A stretch of 18,399 nucleotides of DNA from Candidatus Eiseniibacteriota bacterium. Lineage in GTDB: Bacteria > Eisenbacteria > RBG-16-71-46 > CAZEPH01. Position numbers and translations under genes: made by a program. Positions 17,068-18,399 of the stretch are shown piece by piece (positions within the stretch are counted from its first letter, which is position 1; each line of letters begins with the position of its first letter). Below the pieces are notes generated by a model that was not told the origin of the DNA, ran no database searches, and worked only from the letters and a program-made list of their open reading frames with translations. The stretch is taken from positions 1 through 18,399 of the forward strand of contig JBGATO010000072.1 in NCBI GenBank assembly GCA_044229145.1. The letters run 5' to 3'.

Positions 17068-18399
17068 GCGGCGAAGCGCCCGCAGATCCCGCGCAGTTCG
17101 CGCGCCACGCCGAGCATGTCGTCCGAGGTGTCCTGCACGTCGGAGGCTTGCTGTGACGTCGTGCGCGTCGCGGTGGTGATGTCGACGAGCGCGTTGCTGA
17201 TCAGTGCGACGCCGCCGGATGTTTCGTTGGCGACGCGCGCGATCTGTCGTGTCGTCGCCTCTTGTTGCTCCATCGCCGCGCCGATGCCCAACTGCCGCTG
17301 GTGGATCTGTTCGACCACCACGGCGAATTCGGACATCACTTCGGAGACCGCCTCACTGTCGTCACGAATCACCGCCAGGCGTTCGGTGATCGCATGCGTC
17401 ACGTTGGCGACGCGCGACGACAGCGACTTGACCTGCTCGGCGACCACCACGAAGCCGCGCCCGAATTCCCCGGCGCGCGCTGCCTCGATGGTCGCGTTGA
17501 GCGCCAACAAGCGTGTCTGCAGTGCGATGCTCGAGATCTCGCGGACGTCGGCCTCCACCGCGTCGTTCGACTTCACGAGCTTCTGCACCAGCGCGGTGCC
17601 GCGGCCCGCTGTCTGCGACGCCGCGCGTGCCACCGCCAGGGTCTCGCGCGTATCGGCGGCGATCTGCTGGATCGCGCCGTGCATCTGCTTCACCGCGTCG
17701 GCCAGCGATCCGACGAGATCGGTCACGCGATCACCGGACTCCGCCACTTCATGCGCACGTTCATCGCTGGTGTGGGCGGCATCGGCGATCGAGCGATTCG
17801 CCTGCACCAGCGCCTCGGAGGCGGCGCTCAGCTTTTCGGCGGTGGCGGCGAGCGCGGTAATCGCCGAGCGTTGCGACGCGATCAGACGGTTCACGCCACT
17901 CGAGATCTGCGCGAACGCATCGCCATCGATCCACTCGGTGGCTTCCACGGTGAGATCGCCGCGTCCCGCCTTGTCGATCACCGCCATGAGGTGCGCGACC
18001 TTGCCGTGCGGCCGGCTGGCGTGCACCATCCCCGCCAGGCCGCCGGCGATGAGCAGCACGACGGCAATCGAGAACCAGAAGAACCCGCGCGCCGCGCGCA
18101 CGTCGGCTCGCTGGGCGAAGGTGGCGTTCGGCAGACCGGCCCACATCTTCCACGCGCCGGACGCGTCGGCGATGCGGAGCGGCACGACTTCGGAGTAGAT
18201 GAGCGACTTGTCGGCCTTCCATCCGCGTACCGATGCTTCGGATGCCTTCCAGGCGTCGCCACCGCGCGAGGCGAGGAACGCCGCGTTGCCGTGATTGCCC
18301 ATCACGTAGGTGCCGTTCGGGAGGTAGTCGCGCAGCGCGTGCGCCAAGATGACGCCCGACACCATGCCGGCGAATCGCCCGTTGGTGCCGTACACCGGC
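17064..18399 (-). CDS. Methyl-accepting chemotaxis protein (5' end outside the window)
   Basis: Signalling tip [36 protein letters not shown], preceded by a TM helix ([19 protein letters not shown]) and HAMP (AGRGDLT). The frame is open to the window edge. The stop overlaps the decarboxylase stop in CTAG. Confidence 0.95.

Overview
High-GC (roughly 70% by eye) bacterial chromosomal window with about 17 real CDSs. The many other long ORFs in the track are GC-rich shadow frames. It opens with a housekeeping translation operon (rpmE - DUF1385 - prfA) with no prmC next to it. A compact, apparently co-transcribed cassette follows: (i) a HAD-phosphatase plus PRPP-binding phosphoribosyltransferase protein with the architecture of glycan ribofuranosyltransferases, (ii) a Methyltransf_24-type SAM methyltransferase, (iii) a TPR + GT9-like glycosyltransferase with a variant donor-binding motif and (iv) a Thr-rich lipoprotein. 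A sigma28-like promoter candidate lies upstream of the cassette. This is the best candidate for an undescribed system: a stand-alone (methyl-)ribofuranose glycosylation module, possibly acting on a protein such as flagellin or the lipoprotein. Downstream are a signal-peptide-bearing PPC/DUF296 protein, a long-form UbiD decarboxylase coupled to a GrpB + cysteine-hydrolase fusion, and a histone H1-like/SWIB protein. Then come a minus-strand operon (membrane protein, SufS-like class V PLP enzyme, lipoprotein proline iminopeptidase), a group II PLP decarboxylase and a 5'-truncated chemoreceptor. No rRNA, tRNA, CRISPR or mobile element was recognised. All family calls come from motif recognition by eye; no database search was run.
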